Positions 47,912-57,332 of a stretch of DNA of 64,000 nucleotides are shown piece by piece. The notes beneath the pieces were generated by a model. The model did no database searches and was not told the DNA's origin. It saw only the letters and a program-made list of their open reading frames with translations. Where the stretch lies: the NCBI GenBank assembly GCA_959607825.1, contig CAUHNW010000006.1, forward strand, positions 6,757 through 70,756, given 5' to 3'. Both the position numbers and the translations under genes were made by a program. The stretch's first letter is position 1; every line of letters starts with the position of its first letter. The DNA is from an uncultured Oscillospiraceae bacterium (GTDB lineage Bacteria > Bacillota > Clostridia > Oscillospirales > Oscillospiraceae).

Positions 47912-48737
47912 ACGGATTGCAGCAGCACTCTTTCTGCTGACGGTGCTGTTGACTGCGGTCTTCACAGGCTGCGGGAAAAAAGACGTAAACGGCCTTACCG
48001 TGGTGTTCCCAAAGCTGGGCGCCGCAGACTGCGCCATTTTGATGGAAACAAGCTGCACGGTGGTCATCGACACCGGGGAATCCGGGGATGGAGCGGCCAT
48101 TTTGGACGTACTGGAGGCATATGGCCGGGAATCCATCGACCTTCTGGTGATCTCTCACTACGATAAAGACCATGTGGGCGGCGCAGCCGAGCTGCTGGCC
48201 TCCATGCCCGCGGAGCGTGTCATCGGTTCCGCCTATCCCAAGGATTCCGAGGAATACGATGCATATCAGCAGGCTCTGGCGGATGCCGGGCTTACGGAAG
48301 AGCTGCTGAGCAGTCCTGAGACCTTCTGTGTCTCAGATGACCTGATCCTGACGGTCTGCCCGCCGGAGCAAGGCATCTATTCTGACCACATGAGCAACAA
48401 TGCCTCAGTGGCCGTGGCGGCACGGTACGGGGATACCCGGATGCTCTTTACCGGCGATGCCATGGAAGAGCGGACGGAAGAGCTGCTCACCGAGTTCTCC
48501 GGCACCTTCGACCTCATTAAGCTGCCCCATCACGGACGGGATAAGTCTACCGCTCAGGCGCTCTCTGATGCCTTCGGCACGGAGCATACGGCCTATGTGG
48601 CCACCAGCTCCAAGAAGGAACCCGAGAACAAGCATCTGGAGGATGCGGTGTCCGGCCCTCTCTATCTGACCCGAAAGGGGAACATCATCGCCATTTCCGA
48701 TGGAACCACCGTGAAAATCACGCAATCTGAGGAATAA
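47895..48737 (+). CDS. MBL-fold metallo-hydrolase lipoprotein (ComEC C-terminal-like)
   Basis: Lipobox FTGC; HxHxDH-type motif ISHYDKDHVGG; overlaps the upstream gene's 3' end. Confidence 0.7.
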   Translation: MRTFSKRIAAALFLLTVLLTAVFTGCGKKDVNGLTVVFPKLGAADCAILMETSCTVVIDTGESGDGAAILDVLEAYGRESIDLLVISHYDKDHVGGAAELLASMPAERVIGSAYPKDSEEYDAYQQALADAGLTEELLSSPETFCVSDDLILTVCPPEQGIYSDHMSNNASVAVAARYGDTRMLFTGDAMEERTEELLTEFSGTFDLIKLPHHGRDKSTAQALSDAFGTEHTAYVATSSKKEPENKHLEDAVSGPLYLTRKGNIIAISDGTTVKITQSEE

Positions 48738-48845
48738 GACCGCTGTTTTTACCCACTTTCTACAAAGTGTCCGAAAACAGTTGACAAAGCATATTTTCCT
48801 GTTATAATGCAATAGGCAATGAACATTGCTGTAATTTCATAACGG

Positions 48846-48990
48846 CCCTTATTAAGAGTGGTGGAGGGATCGGCCCTATGAAGCCCGGCAACCTGCAAAT
48901 GCAAGGTGCCAAATCCGGCGGTGCAAATCGAAAGATGAGGTTTTCTACGCTCTTTCAGCGTCCCGCCGATTCCGGCGGGACGCTTTTTGT
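48846..48990 (+). promoter_or_regulatory. SAM-I (S-box) riboswitch with terminator; promoter TTGACA-16-TATAAT at 48781..48808
   Basis: cttattaagagtggtggagggatcggccctatgaagcccggcaacc...gaaagatgagg matches the S-box consensus. Terminator gcgtcccgccg-attc-cggcgggacgc followed by a T-run. Confidence 0.85.
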
Positions 48991-49034
48991 ACGAAAGTTT
49001 TATGAGATAATAACTTGAAAGGAAGATCAATAGA

Positions 49035-50198
49035 ATGGCAAAACGTATTTTTACATCAGAATCGGTAACGGAAGGACATCCCGATAAGATCTGTGACCAG
49101 ATCTCTGACGGCGTACTGGACGCCATCCTTGAAAAAGACCCCATGGCCCGGGTGGCCTGCGAGACCATTACCACCACCGGCATGGTCTTCGTCATGGGCG
49201 AGATCACCACGGACTGCTATGTGGACATTCCCGCCATTGCCCGGGAGGTCATCTGCCGCATCGGCTACGACAAGCCCGAATACGGCTTTGACGGCAACAC
49301 CTGCTCTGTAATGACCGCCATTGACGGCCAGAGCCCCGACATCGCTCAGGGCGTCAACCACGCCTATGATGACGAGGGCGAGACCGGTGCAGGCGATCAG
49401 GGCATGATGTTCGGCTTCGCCTGTGACGAGACCCCCGAGCTGATGCCCGCCCCCATTTCCTATGCCCATCAGCTGGCCCACAAGCTCACCGAGTGCCGGA
49501 AGTCCGGGGAGCTGCCTTGGCTGCGCCCCGATGGAAAGAGTCAGGTTTCCGTCCAGTATGGCGAGGACGGCAGCGTAGAGCGCATTGACGCAGTGGTGGT
49601 CTCCACTCAGCACGCCCCGGACATCGACATTGAGACCCTTCGCCGTGAGATCATCGAAAAGGTCATCAAGACCACGCTTCCTTCCGAGCTGCTGGACGAG
49701 GACACCAAGTTCTTTGTGAACCCCACCGGACGCTTTGTGGTAGGCGGCCCTGTGGGCGATTCCGGCCTCACAGGACGGAAGATCATCGTTGACACCTACG
49801 GCGGCTATGCGGCCCATGGCGGCGGCTGCTTCTCTGGCAAGGATCCAACCAAGGTAGACCGTTCTGCCGCCTACATGGCCCGGCACATCGCCAAGAACAT
49901 TGTAGCTGCCGGTCTTGCAAAGAAGTGCCAGATCGAGCTGGCCTATGCCATCGGTGTGGCACAGCCCGTGTCCGTGCTGGTGGACACCTACGGTACCGGC
50001 GTGGTAGCCGACGAAAAGCTCTCCGATGCGGTGCGCAAGGTCTTTGATCTGCGGCCCGCCGAGATCATCCGCTATCTGGATCTCCGCCGCCCCATCTACT
50101 CCGCCACCGCTGCCTACGGTCACTTTGGCCGTCCGGAGCTGAACCTTCCCTGGGAGCGCACGGACCGGACAGAGGACCTCAAAAAGGCTGTGCTGTAA
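49035..50198 (+). CDS. metK: S-adenosylmethionine synthase
   Basis: [25 protein letters not shown]...GGGAFSGKD. Confidence 0.95.
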   Translation: MAKRIFTSESVTEGHPDKICDQISDGVLDAILEKDPMARVACETITTTGMVFVMGEITTDCYVDIPAIAREVICRIGYDKPEYGFDGNTCSVMTAIDGQSPDIAQGVNHAYDDEGETGAGDQGMMFGFACDETPELMPAPISYAHQLAHKLTECRKSGELPWLRPDGKSQVSVQYGEDGSVERIDAVVVSTQHAPDIDIETLRREIIEKVIKTTLPSELLDEDTKFFVNPTGRFVVGGPVGDSGLTGRKIIVDTYGGYAAHGGGCFSGKDPTKVDRSAAYMARHIAKNIVAAGLAKKCQIELAYAIGVAQPVSVLVDTYGTGVVADEKLSDAVRKVFDLRPAEIIRYLDLRRPIYSATAAYGHFGRPELNLPWERTDRTEDLKKAVL

Positions 50199-50214
50199 TT
50201 CCATCCAAAGCTGC

Positions 50215-50247
50215 GTTTGCCGCCCATTTGGGGCGGCAAACTTTTTG
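50215..50247 (+). terminator. Rho-independent terminator
   Basis: gtttgccgccc-atttg-gggcggcaaac followed by TTTTT. Confidence 0.75.
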
Positions 50248-50319
50248 GGTGCAGAAAAGTGTTGTCAGTTTTCCGTGGATTATGATAGAATAGCCAAAAC
50301 AGCTCCGGGAGGGATCACA

Positions 50320-51309
50320 ATGCGCTTATACGTCTTTGGCTGCCGCCCTTATGATGAGGAAGCGATCTTTCGTCGGCTGGCACTGGAATACCACTTGGAA
50401 ATCGGCCTTACGCCGGCGCAGCTGACCAAGGACAACATGGAGTATTACATTCCCATGCTGCGGGGCTATGATGCGGTCTCCGTGGTGGCAACGCCCATTC
50501 ATTTTGAGCTGCTGGAGGCCATGCATGAGGCCGGGGTACGGCTCCTCAGCACCCGCACCATCGGCTATGACCACATCGACATGGCGGCGGCAAAGGCACT
50601 GGGCTTCACCGTCTGCAACGCCGGCTATGGGCCGGATGCCGTGGCGGACTATACGGTAATGCTGATGCTCATGGCCCTGCGGAATGCAAAGCGGGTGCTA
50701 CAGCGGGCGGACCTTCACGATTTCTCCATGCCCGGGCTTATGGGGCGGCAGCTCCGCAGCTGCACCGTGGGCATTCTCGGGGCAGGCCGCATCGGCGCAA
50801 GAGTTATGGAAGAGCTTCGGGGCTTTGGCTGTCGTGTGATTTACTGGAACAGAACCAGCCGTCCCGGTCTGGCCGGAGCGCAGGTCTCCCTTGAAACGCT
50901 GTACCGGGAAAGCGATATCATCTCCCTGCACATGCCGCTGACCCCGGAAACACAGCATATCATCAGCCGGGATGCCATGGAGAAAATGAAGCCCGGCGTA
51001 ATCCTCGTCAACACCGCCCGGGGCGGCCTCGTGGATACGCAGGCGCTGATCGATGCATTGGAGACCGGAAAAGTCGGCGGTGCAGCGCTGGATGTGGTAG
51101 AAGGGGAAGCGGGGCTGTACCACTTCAATAAAATGTCGGATCAGATTGGGAATCGTGCCCTCAGCATTCTAAAGGATATGCCCAACGTGGTCTTTACCCC
51201 CCATATGGCCTTCTATACCGGCGAGGCCGTGGAGGAAATGGCCCGCTGCAGCGTAGCGGCCTGCAAGCTTTTCGCAGAGGGCAGGGAAATCCCATGGAAG
51301 ATCATATAG
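50320..51309 (+). CDS. D-isomer-specific 2-hydroxyacid dehydrogenase (D-lactate dehydrogenase-like)
   Basis: NAD-binding motif GILGAGRIG and the catalytic R/E/H triad context. Confidence 0.85.
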   Translation: MRLYVFGCRPYDEEAIFRRLALEYHLEIGLTPAQLTKDNMEYYIPMLRGYDAVSVVATPIHFELLEAMHEAGVRLLSTRTIGYDHIDMAAAKALGFTVCNAGYGPDAVADYTVMLMLMALRNAKRVLQRADLHDFSMPGLMGRQLRSCTVGILGAGRIGARVMEELRGFGCRVIYWNRTSRPGLAGAQVSLETLYRESDIISLHMPLTPETQHIISRDAMEKMKPGVILVNTARGGLVDTQALIDALETGKVGGAALDVVEGEAGLYHFNKMSDQIGNRALSILKDMPNVVFTPHMAFYTGEAVEEMARCSVAACKLFAEGREIPWKII

Positions 51310-51354
51310 GGCGGCATATGGATGCGCTGCCGCCTCAAAAAGGAAGGAATACCA

Positions 51355-51876
51355 ATGAATTACGTTTGCAATGGAAGCTTTCAGGACTTTGTTTGTCTGG
51401 ATTTTGAGACCACCGGCCTTTCCGGCACCAAGGATAAGGTGACGGAAATTGGCGCCGTGAAGGTACAGGGCGGGGACGTGGTACAGCGGTTCTCCACTCT
51501 GGTCAATCCGGGCCGCCCCATTCCGCCCCGGGTGGTGGCACTGACCGGTATTTCCAACGACATGGTGGAGGACTATCCCAGAATCCATGAGCTGCTGCCT
51601 GTATTTTTGAGCTTTCTGGGGAATCTTCCGCTGGTTTGCCACAATGCCAAGTTTGACTGCAAGTTTTTGGAGCGAGACCTTGCCCAAATGGGCCGAAGCA
51701 TTGAAAATCCGGTAGATGACACCCTTCAGCTTTCCCGATTGAAGCTCAAGGGACTGCCCAGCTACAAGCTTGGCTATTTGACGGACTATTTTTCCATTGC
51801 GCTAAACGATGCCCATCGGGCATGGTGCGATGCGGAGGCCACCGCCAATCTGTACTTAAAACTGCAAGCAGTATAA
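51355..51876 (+). CDS. DnaQ-like 3'-5' exonuclease (DEDDh)
   Basis: Exo I (LDFETTG), Exo II (CHNAKFD), Exo III (HRAWCDAEA). Confidence 0.8.
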   Translation: MNYVCNGSFQDFVCLDFETTGLSGTKDKVTEIGAVKVQGGDVVQRFSTLVNPGRPIPPRVVALTGISNDMVEDYPRIHELLPVFLSFLGNLPLVCHNAKFDCKFLERDLAQMGRSIENPVDDTLQLSRLKLKGLPSYKLGYLTDYFSIALNDAHRAWCDAEATANLYLKLQAV

Positions 51877-51880
51877 AGCT

Positions 51881-51921
51881 CACCCGCAGACGGCATCGTT
51901 CAAGCCGTCTGCGGGTGTTTT
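51881..51921. terminator. Bidirectional terminator
   Basis: cacccgcagacggc-N9-gccgtctgcgggtg followed by a T-run. Confidence 0.7.
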
Positions 51922-52343
51922 CATTCCTTGATGGTCAGGGCTCCAATGGGGCAGGTATGGACGCAGGCAGGCAGGAGCCCGGCCTCCAGCCGTCCCCAGC
52001 AGCCGTCACATTTTACCGCATGCCCGCTTTCGGGATCCACCGAGATCACCGACAGGGGGCAGGCCGCAGCACAGGCCCCGCAGCCTCGGCATTTATCCTC
52101 CGAGAGCACCACAAATCCGGCTTCGTTCCGGGTGATGGCCCCGGCGGGACATACCTTCATGCAGGCCCCGCAGTGGACACAGCCCACGGAGTAGCTGAGG
52201 ATCCTGCCGTTCTTTTCCCGCCGCTCCATGTGCCGCAGAGGCTTCTGCCCAAGGGCACATTTGATATCCCGCTGATCGTTGCAGGCCAGCTGGCAGGCAC
52301 AGCAGCCAGTGCACTTTTCCGGATCAAAGACAATGCGTTTCAT
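51921..52343 (-). CDS. 4Fe-4S dicluster ferredoxin-like electron-transfer subunit (DmsB/PsrB-like)
   Basis: Start at MKRIVFDPEKC behind a GGAGG RBS. Four CxxCxxCxxxCP-type clusters. Confidence 0.8.
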   Translation of the reverse strand: MKRIVFDPEKCTGCCACQLACNDQRDIKCALGQKPLRHMERREKNGRILSYSVGCVHCGACMKVCPAGAITRNEAGFVVLSEDKCRGCGACAAACPLSVISVDPESGHAVKCDGCWGRLEAGLLPACVHTCPIGALTIKE

Positions 52344-54466
52344 GGTTTTTCCTCCTTCCTGATACTGCACCGGATGCAGCGATAGCCCGGGAACCCGGAA
52401 TAGGGATCCCGATGGTCATAGCTGAGAAGGCTGTTGGCGTCCGCCTCCCGGTAGCCGTGGTACAGGCTCACCATTCCGGCAGGGATGATGTCCGTGAGGT
52501 TCGCCAGCACCGTGACCCTGCCATGGGCGGTTTCGATTGCAACGGAATCTCCCTGACATATGCCAAGGTGCTGGGCATCCACGGGATTCAGATCCGCCAT
52601 GGGATCCGGCCGCAGGGATCGGGCGGAGGGACAGTCGTGAAGCCGGGAGTGGAGACCCCCGGGAATCCGAATGCCCGTAGAGAGGATCATGGGGTAGCGC
52701 TCCGGGTCTGCGTCATCCTCCGATGGCCGGTAGGTGGGCAGGGAATCCAGCCCCGGTGCGCCCAGCTCCCGAATGATCTCCGAATCCAGCTCAAATTTTC
52801 CCGTGGGGGTCTGGAAGCCGTGCTGGCCCACGCCCACCATATGGAGTCCTGCGATCTTCTGAGGAAGCTCCGGGTGCTGCTTCAGGGCGTCCAAATCAAT
52901 GGGCGTATTCCGCAGCATATGCCGGATACAGGTATCCCGATCGGATTTCAGAAGCGCATCCTCCACGTCCAGCCGCCGTGCCAGCTCCAATATGATCTCA
53001 TCATCCCGGCGGGATTCATACAGCGGCTGGATCACCGGGCTTGTATATTGGGCAAAGCCCCCGCCAAAGACCTTGAATTCCCCACGTTCGTAGGAGGAGC
53101 AGGCGGGCAGCACAATATCTGCATATTTGGCGGAGTCCGTCAGGAACAGATCCGTATCTACAAAGAACTCGATTTTTTTCAGGGCCTGTTCCATCTCCGC
53201 TGCCCCGGGGAACATCCGAAAGTTCATTCCATGGGCATAGAGGGCCCGGAGGGGATAGGGCTTTCCGGTCAAAATAGCCCGGGGCAGGTCGCAGGCCTGC
53301 ATCTCCCCAATAACCTTATGCCACAGGGGGAATCGATCACAGCCAATGGGAATTGGCCCGTCCTTGGGATACTTCTCTATGGAAAACTCCGGCTCCATGG
53401 TTTCAAAGCCGCCAATGGAGTGGGCATAGGTGAGATAGGTGGGGATCATGCCGCCCACCCGGTCATAGCTGCCGGTGATGGCGGACAGCGCCATGACGGC
53501 CCGGTGGTTCTGCATGCCGTTTTTGAAGTGTACCAACGAGGCGTTGGAAGGGTTGATGGCAAGGGGCAGGTTTTCCCCCACCATTCGGGCCGCCAGACAG
53601 ATCTCCTCCGGGGTAAGTCCCGTAATTTCGGCGGTCTTCTCCGGGGTAAACTGCTCCACATAGTCCCGGTAGGCTTCAAAGCCATGGACATTTTCCCGGA
53701 TATAGTCCTGATCGATCCAACCATGCCGGATCAGCTCCCGCCCAAGCCCCAGCGCCAATGCTCCGTCTGTACCGGGCTTTACCCGCAGGTGCAGGTCGGC
53801 ACTCTGGGAGGCCGGAGTGATCCGGGGATCGATGATAATGACCTTCATGCCCCGGCGGTGGTTGGCTTGAAGGCCCCCGTTCATCAGATAAGAGGAGATG
53901 CCCGGGTTGGCGCAAAAGCCCAGAAATACCCCTGCGTGGCCCAGATCCGGCTGTACCATCTCCGCACCCGTGGCGCACTTCCATGACATAATGGTGGAGG
54001 TAAAGCAGGAGGAAGACTCACTGCCGTAGTTCACCGATCCATAGCTGTAGGCCAGCCGCTGCAAAAAGGGGCGATACCACTTTTCGTATCCGCAGTAGAA
54101 GGCAGTACTGGAGGCCCCGGACTCCCGCCGAATAGACAGCAGCTTTTCCGTGATCTCCTCCATGGCCTCGTCCCATGAGATGGGTTCAAATTCTCCTGCT
54201 CCTTTTTCGCCCACCCGGCGCAGGGGGGTACGGATGCGGTCCTTCCGATACACATAGTCCCGGCCGGAAAGGCCCCGGGCGCAGAGCTTCCCATGGTTGG
54301 TAGGGTGGGCATCTGTGCCCTCGAGCTTTATGATTTTTCCGTCCTTCACATAGCAGGTGACGCCGCAGTGAGGCCCCGGGGCACAGATATCGCAGAAGGT
54401 ATTGTGCAGGGTAATGCCGGTGTCCTCTCCGGGCAGCTTCGCCTGAAGACGCTCTTTTGTGGTCAT
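52340..54466 (-). CDS. Molybdopterin (bis-MGD) oxidoreductase catalytic subunit, probably cytoplasmic
   Basis: N-terminal Fe-S motif CDICAPGPHCGVTC. Three MGD-binding regions. No twin-arginine signal peptide. Confidence 0.85.
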   Translation of the reverse strand: MTTKERLQAKLPGEDTGITLHNTFCDICAPGPHCGVTCYVKDGKIIKLEGTDAHPTNHGKLCARGLSGRDYVYRKDRIRTPLRRVGEKGAGEFEPISWDEAMEEITEKLLSIRRESGASSTAFYCGYEKWYRPFLQRLAYSYGSVNYGSESSSCFTSTIMSWKCATGAEMVQPDLGHAGVFLGFCANPGISSYLMNGGLQANHRRGMKVIIIDPRITPASQSADLHLRVKPGTDGALALGLGRELIRHGWIDQDYIRENVHGFEAYRDYVEQFTPEKTAEITGLTPEEICLAARMVGENLPLAINPSNASLVHFKNGMQNHRAVMALSAITGSYDRVGGMIPTYLTYAHSIGGFETMEPEFSIEKYPKDGPIPIGCDRFPLWHKVIGEMQACDLPRAILTGKPYPLRALYAHGMNFRMFPGAAEMEQALKKIEFFVDTDLFLTDSAKYADIVLPACSSYERGEFKVFGGGFAQYTSPVIQPLYESRRDDEIILELARRLDVEDALLKSDRDTCIRHMLRNTPIDLDALKQHPELPQKIAGLHMVGVGQHGFQTPTGKFELDSEIIRELGAPGLDSLPTYRPSEDDADPERYPMILSTGIRIPGGLHSRLHDCPSARSLRPDPMADLNPVDAQHLGICQGDSVAIETAHGRVTVLANLTDIIPAGMVSLYHGYREADANSLLSYDHRDPYSGFPGYRCIRCSIRKEEKP

Positions 54467-54528
54467 GATATTCCCTCCGATGGCGTTTTGGTACTCCTAG
54501 TATATCACCCAATGGGGGACAGTTCAAC

Positions 54529-55251
54529 CTATCGGTTTTGGGGGTGATCCTCCAAAATGCCGCCTTCTATGGGCTGTTCCATGGCATCCTTCAGCTTTTG
54601 CAGGGCCTTTTTTTCGATCCGGGACACATAGCTCCGGGAGATCCCCAGCTTTTCCGCCACCAGCCGCTGCTGAAGCGGATGGCCGTCTCCCAGCCCATAG
54701 CGCCAGAAGATGATCTGCTGCTCCCGGGGCGTTAGCACCTTGGGCAGCAGGGTGCGAAGCTTTTGGGTCTCACTGCGCAGATGGGTCTGCTGAAACAGGT
54801 CTTCATCGCTGGACAGGACATCCATGACGCTGAGGCTGGTGCCGTCCTGTCCGGTCTCGATGGCATCGGAGAGGCTGATATCTCCGGCACTTTTTCGCTG
54901 GGAGCGGAAGTACATGAGAATTTCATTCTGGATGCAGCGGCCCGCATAGGTGGCAAGCCTTGCGCCCTTGGTACTGTCGAAGGTAGAGATGGCCTTGATG
55001 AGGCCAATGGTGCCGATGGAGATCAGGTCATCCTGATCCGAGGCGGCGGCATAGTATTTTTTCAGGATATGGGCCACCAGACGGAGGTTCCGTTCCACCA
55101 GAATATTCCGGGCCTCCATATCCCCCTGGGCCCAGCGTTCCAGATAAAACTGCTCCTCCTTTGCACTCAGGGGCTTGGGAAAACAGCCCCCGGGGGTGGT
55201 GAGCCGCAGGGAGTAGAGCAGGGTGTTGGCGGTCAGCAGCAGTGTGATCAT
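54529..55251 (-). CDS. sigK: Sporulation sigma factor pro-sigma-K; intact, with no intervening element
   Basis: Start at MITLLL behind a GAGGTGA RBS. Pro-sequence followed by FPKPLSAKEEQFYLERWAQGDMEARNILVERNLRLVAHILKKY and the region-4 HTH. Confidence 0.85.
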   Translation of the reverse strand: MITLLLTANTLLYSLRLTTPGGCFPKPLSAKEEQFYLERWAQGDMEARNILVERNLRLVAHILKKYYAAASDQDDLISIGTIGLIKAISTFDSTKGARLATYAGRCIQNEILMYFRSQRKSAGDISLSDAIETGQDGTSLSVMDVLSSDEDLFQQTHLRSETQKLRTLLPKVLTPREQQIIFWRYGLGDGHPLQQRLVAEKLGISRSYVSRIEKKALQKLKDAMEQPIEGGILEDHPQNR

Positions 55252-55483
55252 GGCATTCACCTCATAGGAGCATATGCACGCAGGCCCTGTCCTCTTGCGG
55301 ATATTTGGAGCATCATTGTGAGTTTTCACCAAGGCGGCCCGGAAAACCGGGGGAAATATCTCTGCCGCCGGAGCGACGCTTCCCGGTTGCACAGAATGGC
55401 GTTCCGGAGTATAATGAGATGGGGTAGTTTTCATATCCCCGGATTCTGCTTTCGGCAAGGCCGAAGCCACAGGAGGAATCTCC

Positions 55484-57283
55484 ATGAACGCCCTTGGGCA
55501 CTTTAAGACCATTACGCACCATAAGCTTCTGGTGATGCAGTACTGCTTCCGGGTGGGGCTCATCCGGCAGGGGCTGATGCATGATATGAGCAAGTATTCC
55601 CCCACAGAGTTCCGTGTGGGGGCCAAGTATTATTCCGGCACCCGAAGCCCCAATGCCGCTGAGCGGGAAGAGCTGGGCTACTCTACCGCATGGCTCCATC
55701 ACAAGGGCCGGAACAAGCACCATCTGGAATACTGGATCGACTACGGCGGCCGTGACATGGTGCTCATGGGCCACCCCATGCCCACCCGCTATATGGTAGA
55801 GCTGTGTCTGGATCGGATTGCCGCCTGCCGGGTCTATCACGGAAAGAATTATACGGACCGGGATCCGCTGGACTACTTGGAGCACAGCCGGGATTCCCGG
55901 ATGATGCACCCCCAGACCCAGGCACAGGTGGTGGAGATCCTCAACATGCTGGCGGAAAAGGGGGAGAAGGAGACTCTCCGGTATATCCGAACGGTGGTGC
56001 TGAAGCATCCGGTAAAATGCTACCCCAATCTTCCGCCAAAGGACGGAGCCCCCGGAGAAAAGGATCCCACCTTTGCCTCTGCCCCGCAGCTTCAGGCACT
56101 GGCCCGGGAGGCGGGTACGCCCTACTATCTCTACGATCAGAAGGGAATCATAGAAGCCTGCCAGACGGTACAGGCGGCCTTTGCATGGAACCCAGGCCAC
56201 CGGCAGTTCTTTCCGGTGAAGGCAACGCCCACGGCCGGGATCCTGAAGCTCCTGCGGCAGCAGGGGCAGGGGGTGGTGTGCTCCTCGGCAGCAGAGCTGG
56301 AGCTGTGCCGCCGGTGCGGCTTTACCGGGGATGAGATCCTGTTTCTGCCCAATTTCCCCCGTCAGGAGGATCTGGAAAAGGCCCGTGAGGTGGGCTGTAT
56401 GCCGGTGCTGGACGGGCCGGAGCTCATCGACCGCTTTGGGGCGCTGGGGCTGCTGGGAAATACGGTAGGGCTGCGGACCACCCCGGAGGAGATCTTCCGG
56501 TTTGGGCTTACAGAGGTTCAGACAGAGGGGATCAAGTTCGGCGTTCCGGTCTCTGCGCTGCCGGAAACCGTAGCCCGGCTCAAAGGGCTGGGTGTCAAGG
56601 CGGTGGGCCTCCACGCCTACCTCTCCGGCAACACCTTAGAGCAGGACTATTACCCGAAGCTTGCGGCCCTGCTCTGCAAAGCCGCAAAAAATGTAGAGGA
56701 CATTCTTCCGGTATCTTACCTGAACATCTCCGGTGGCATCGGCATCGGCTACCGGCCCGGGGAGCAGACACCGGATCTTATGGAGCTGGGCGCCGCTGTC
56801 CGGCAGGTGCTGGAAGCATATTATCCCGGCGGCACTGCCCCGGCCATCTATACGGAGCTGGGCCGCTATGTTACCGGCCCTCACGGCGTTCTGGTAACGA
56901 AGGTCACGGAGCTGAAACATGCCGGGCGAAACTACGCCGGGGTGGACGCCTCGGCCTCCGACCTGATGCGGCCCATGATGTACGGCGCCTACCATCATAT
57001 CTCAATTGTTGGGAAGGAAGGCGCCAAAGAGCGCAGACAGTGGGACGTTGTGGGTGCGGTCTGCGAGAACACCGATAAATTTGCCCAAAAGCGGATGCTG
57101 CCGGAGCCGGAGCTTGGAGACCTGATGGTGATCCACGATGCAGGCGCCCACGGCCACTCCATGGGCTACCAATACGGCGGAAGGCTCCGCTGCGGGGAAT
57201 ACCTGCTGACGGATCAGCAGGAGATCTTGCCGCTGCGCCGGAGAGAGACCACCGAGGACTACCTGCAAACACAGATTTTCTAA
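55484..57283 (+). CDS. lysA: Fusion protein: N-terminal DUF5662 domain (~180 aa) + Pro/Gly-rich linker + PLP-dependent diaminopimelate decarboxylase (LysA-type)
   Basis: N-terminal HHKLLVMQYCFRVGLIRQGLMHDMSKYSPTEF, linker NLPPKDGAPGEKDPTF, then YYLYDQKGI...GGIGIGY... with no internal Met at the LysA-domain start. RBS AGGAGGAA. Confidence 0.8.
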   Translation: MNALGHFKTITHHKLLVMQYCFRVGLIRQGLMHDMSKYSPTEFRVGAKYYSGTRSPNAAEREELGYSTAWLHHKGRNKHHLEYWIDYGGRDMVLMGHPMPTRYMVELCLDRIAACRVYHGKNYTDRDPLDYLEHSRDSRMMHPQTQAQVVEILNMLAEKGEKETLRYIRTVVLKHPVKCYPNLPPKDGAPGEKDPTFASAPQLQALAREAGTPYYLYDQKGIIEACQTVQAAFAWNPGHRQFFPVKATPTAGILKLLRQQGQGVVCSSAAELELCRRCGFTGDEILFLPNFPRQEDLEKAREVGCMPVLDGPELIDRFGALGLLGNTVGLRTTPEEIFRFGLTEVQTEGIKFGVPVSALPETVARLKGLGVKAVGLHAYLSGNTLEQDYYPKLAALLCKAAKNVEDILPVSYLNISGGIGIGYRPGEQTPDLMELGAAVRQVLEAYYPGGTAPAIYTELGRYVTGPHGVLVTKVTELKHAGRNYAGVDASASDLMRPMMYGAYHHISIVGKEGAKERRQWDVVGAVCENTDKFAQKRMLPEPELGDLMVIHDAGAHGHSMGYQYGGRLRCGEYLLTDQQEILPLRRRETTEDYLQTQIF

Positions 57284-57294
57284 TACAATATCTC

Positions 57295-57332
57295 AAAGGG
57301 TACAGGAACAGCGCCTGTACCCTTTCCTTTTA
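57295..57332. terminator. Bidirectional terminator
   Basis: aagggtacagg-aacagcg-cctgtaccctt followed by a T-run. Confidence 0.75.

Noticed and set aside
55252-55483. Possible lysine (L-box) riboswitch upstream of the lysA fusion gene
   Set aside because: The leader is only about 70 nt from the predicted -10 to the ATG, and it lacks the conserved L-box helices.
54529-55626. Long form of sigK (365 aa) starting at 55626
   Set aside because: The extra 125 residues are non-sigma-like. The pro-sequence start MITLLL at 55251 has an RBS and matches pro-sigma-K N-termini.
55484-57283. Possibility that DUF5662-LysA is two genes joined by a frameshift or sequencing error
   Set aside because: The reading frame is continuous through a Pro/Gly-rich linker typical of genuine domain fusions. 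No plausible internal start or RBS precedes the LysA domain. This cannot be fully excluded without reads.
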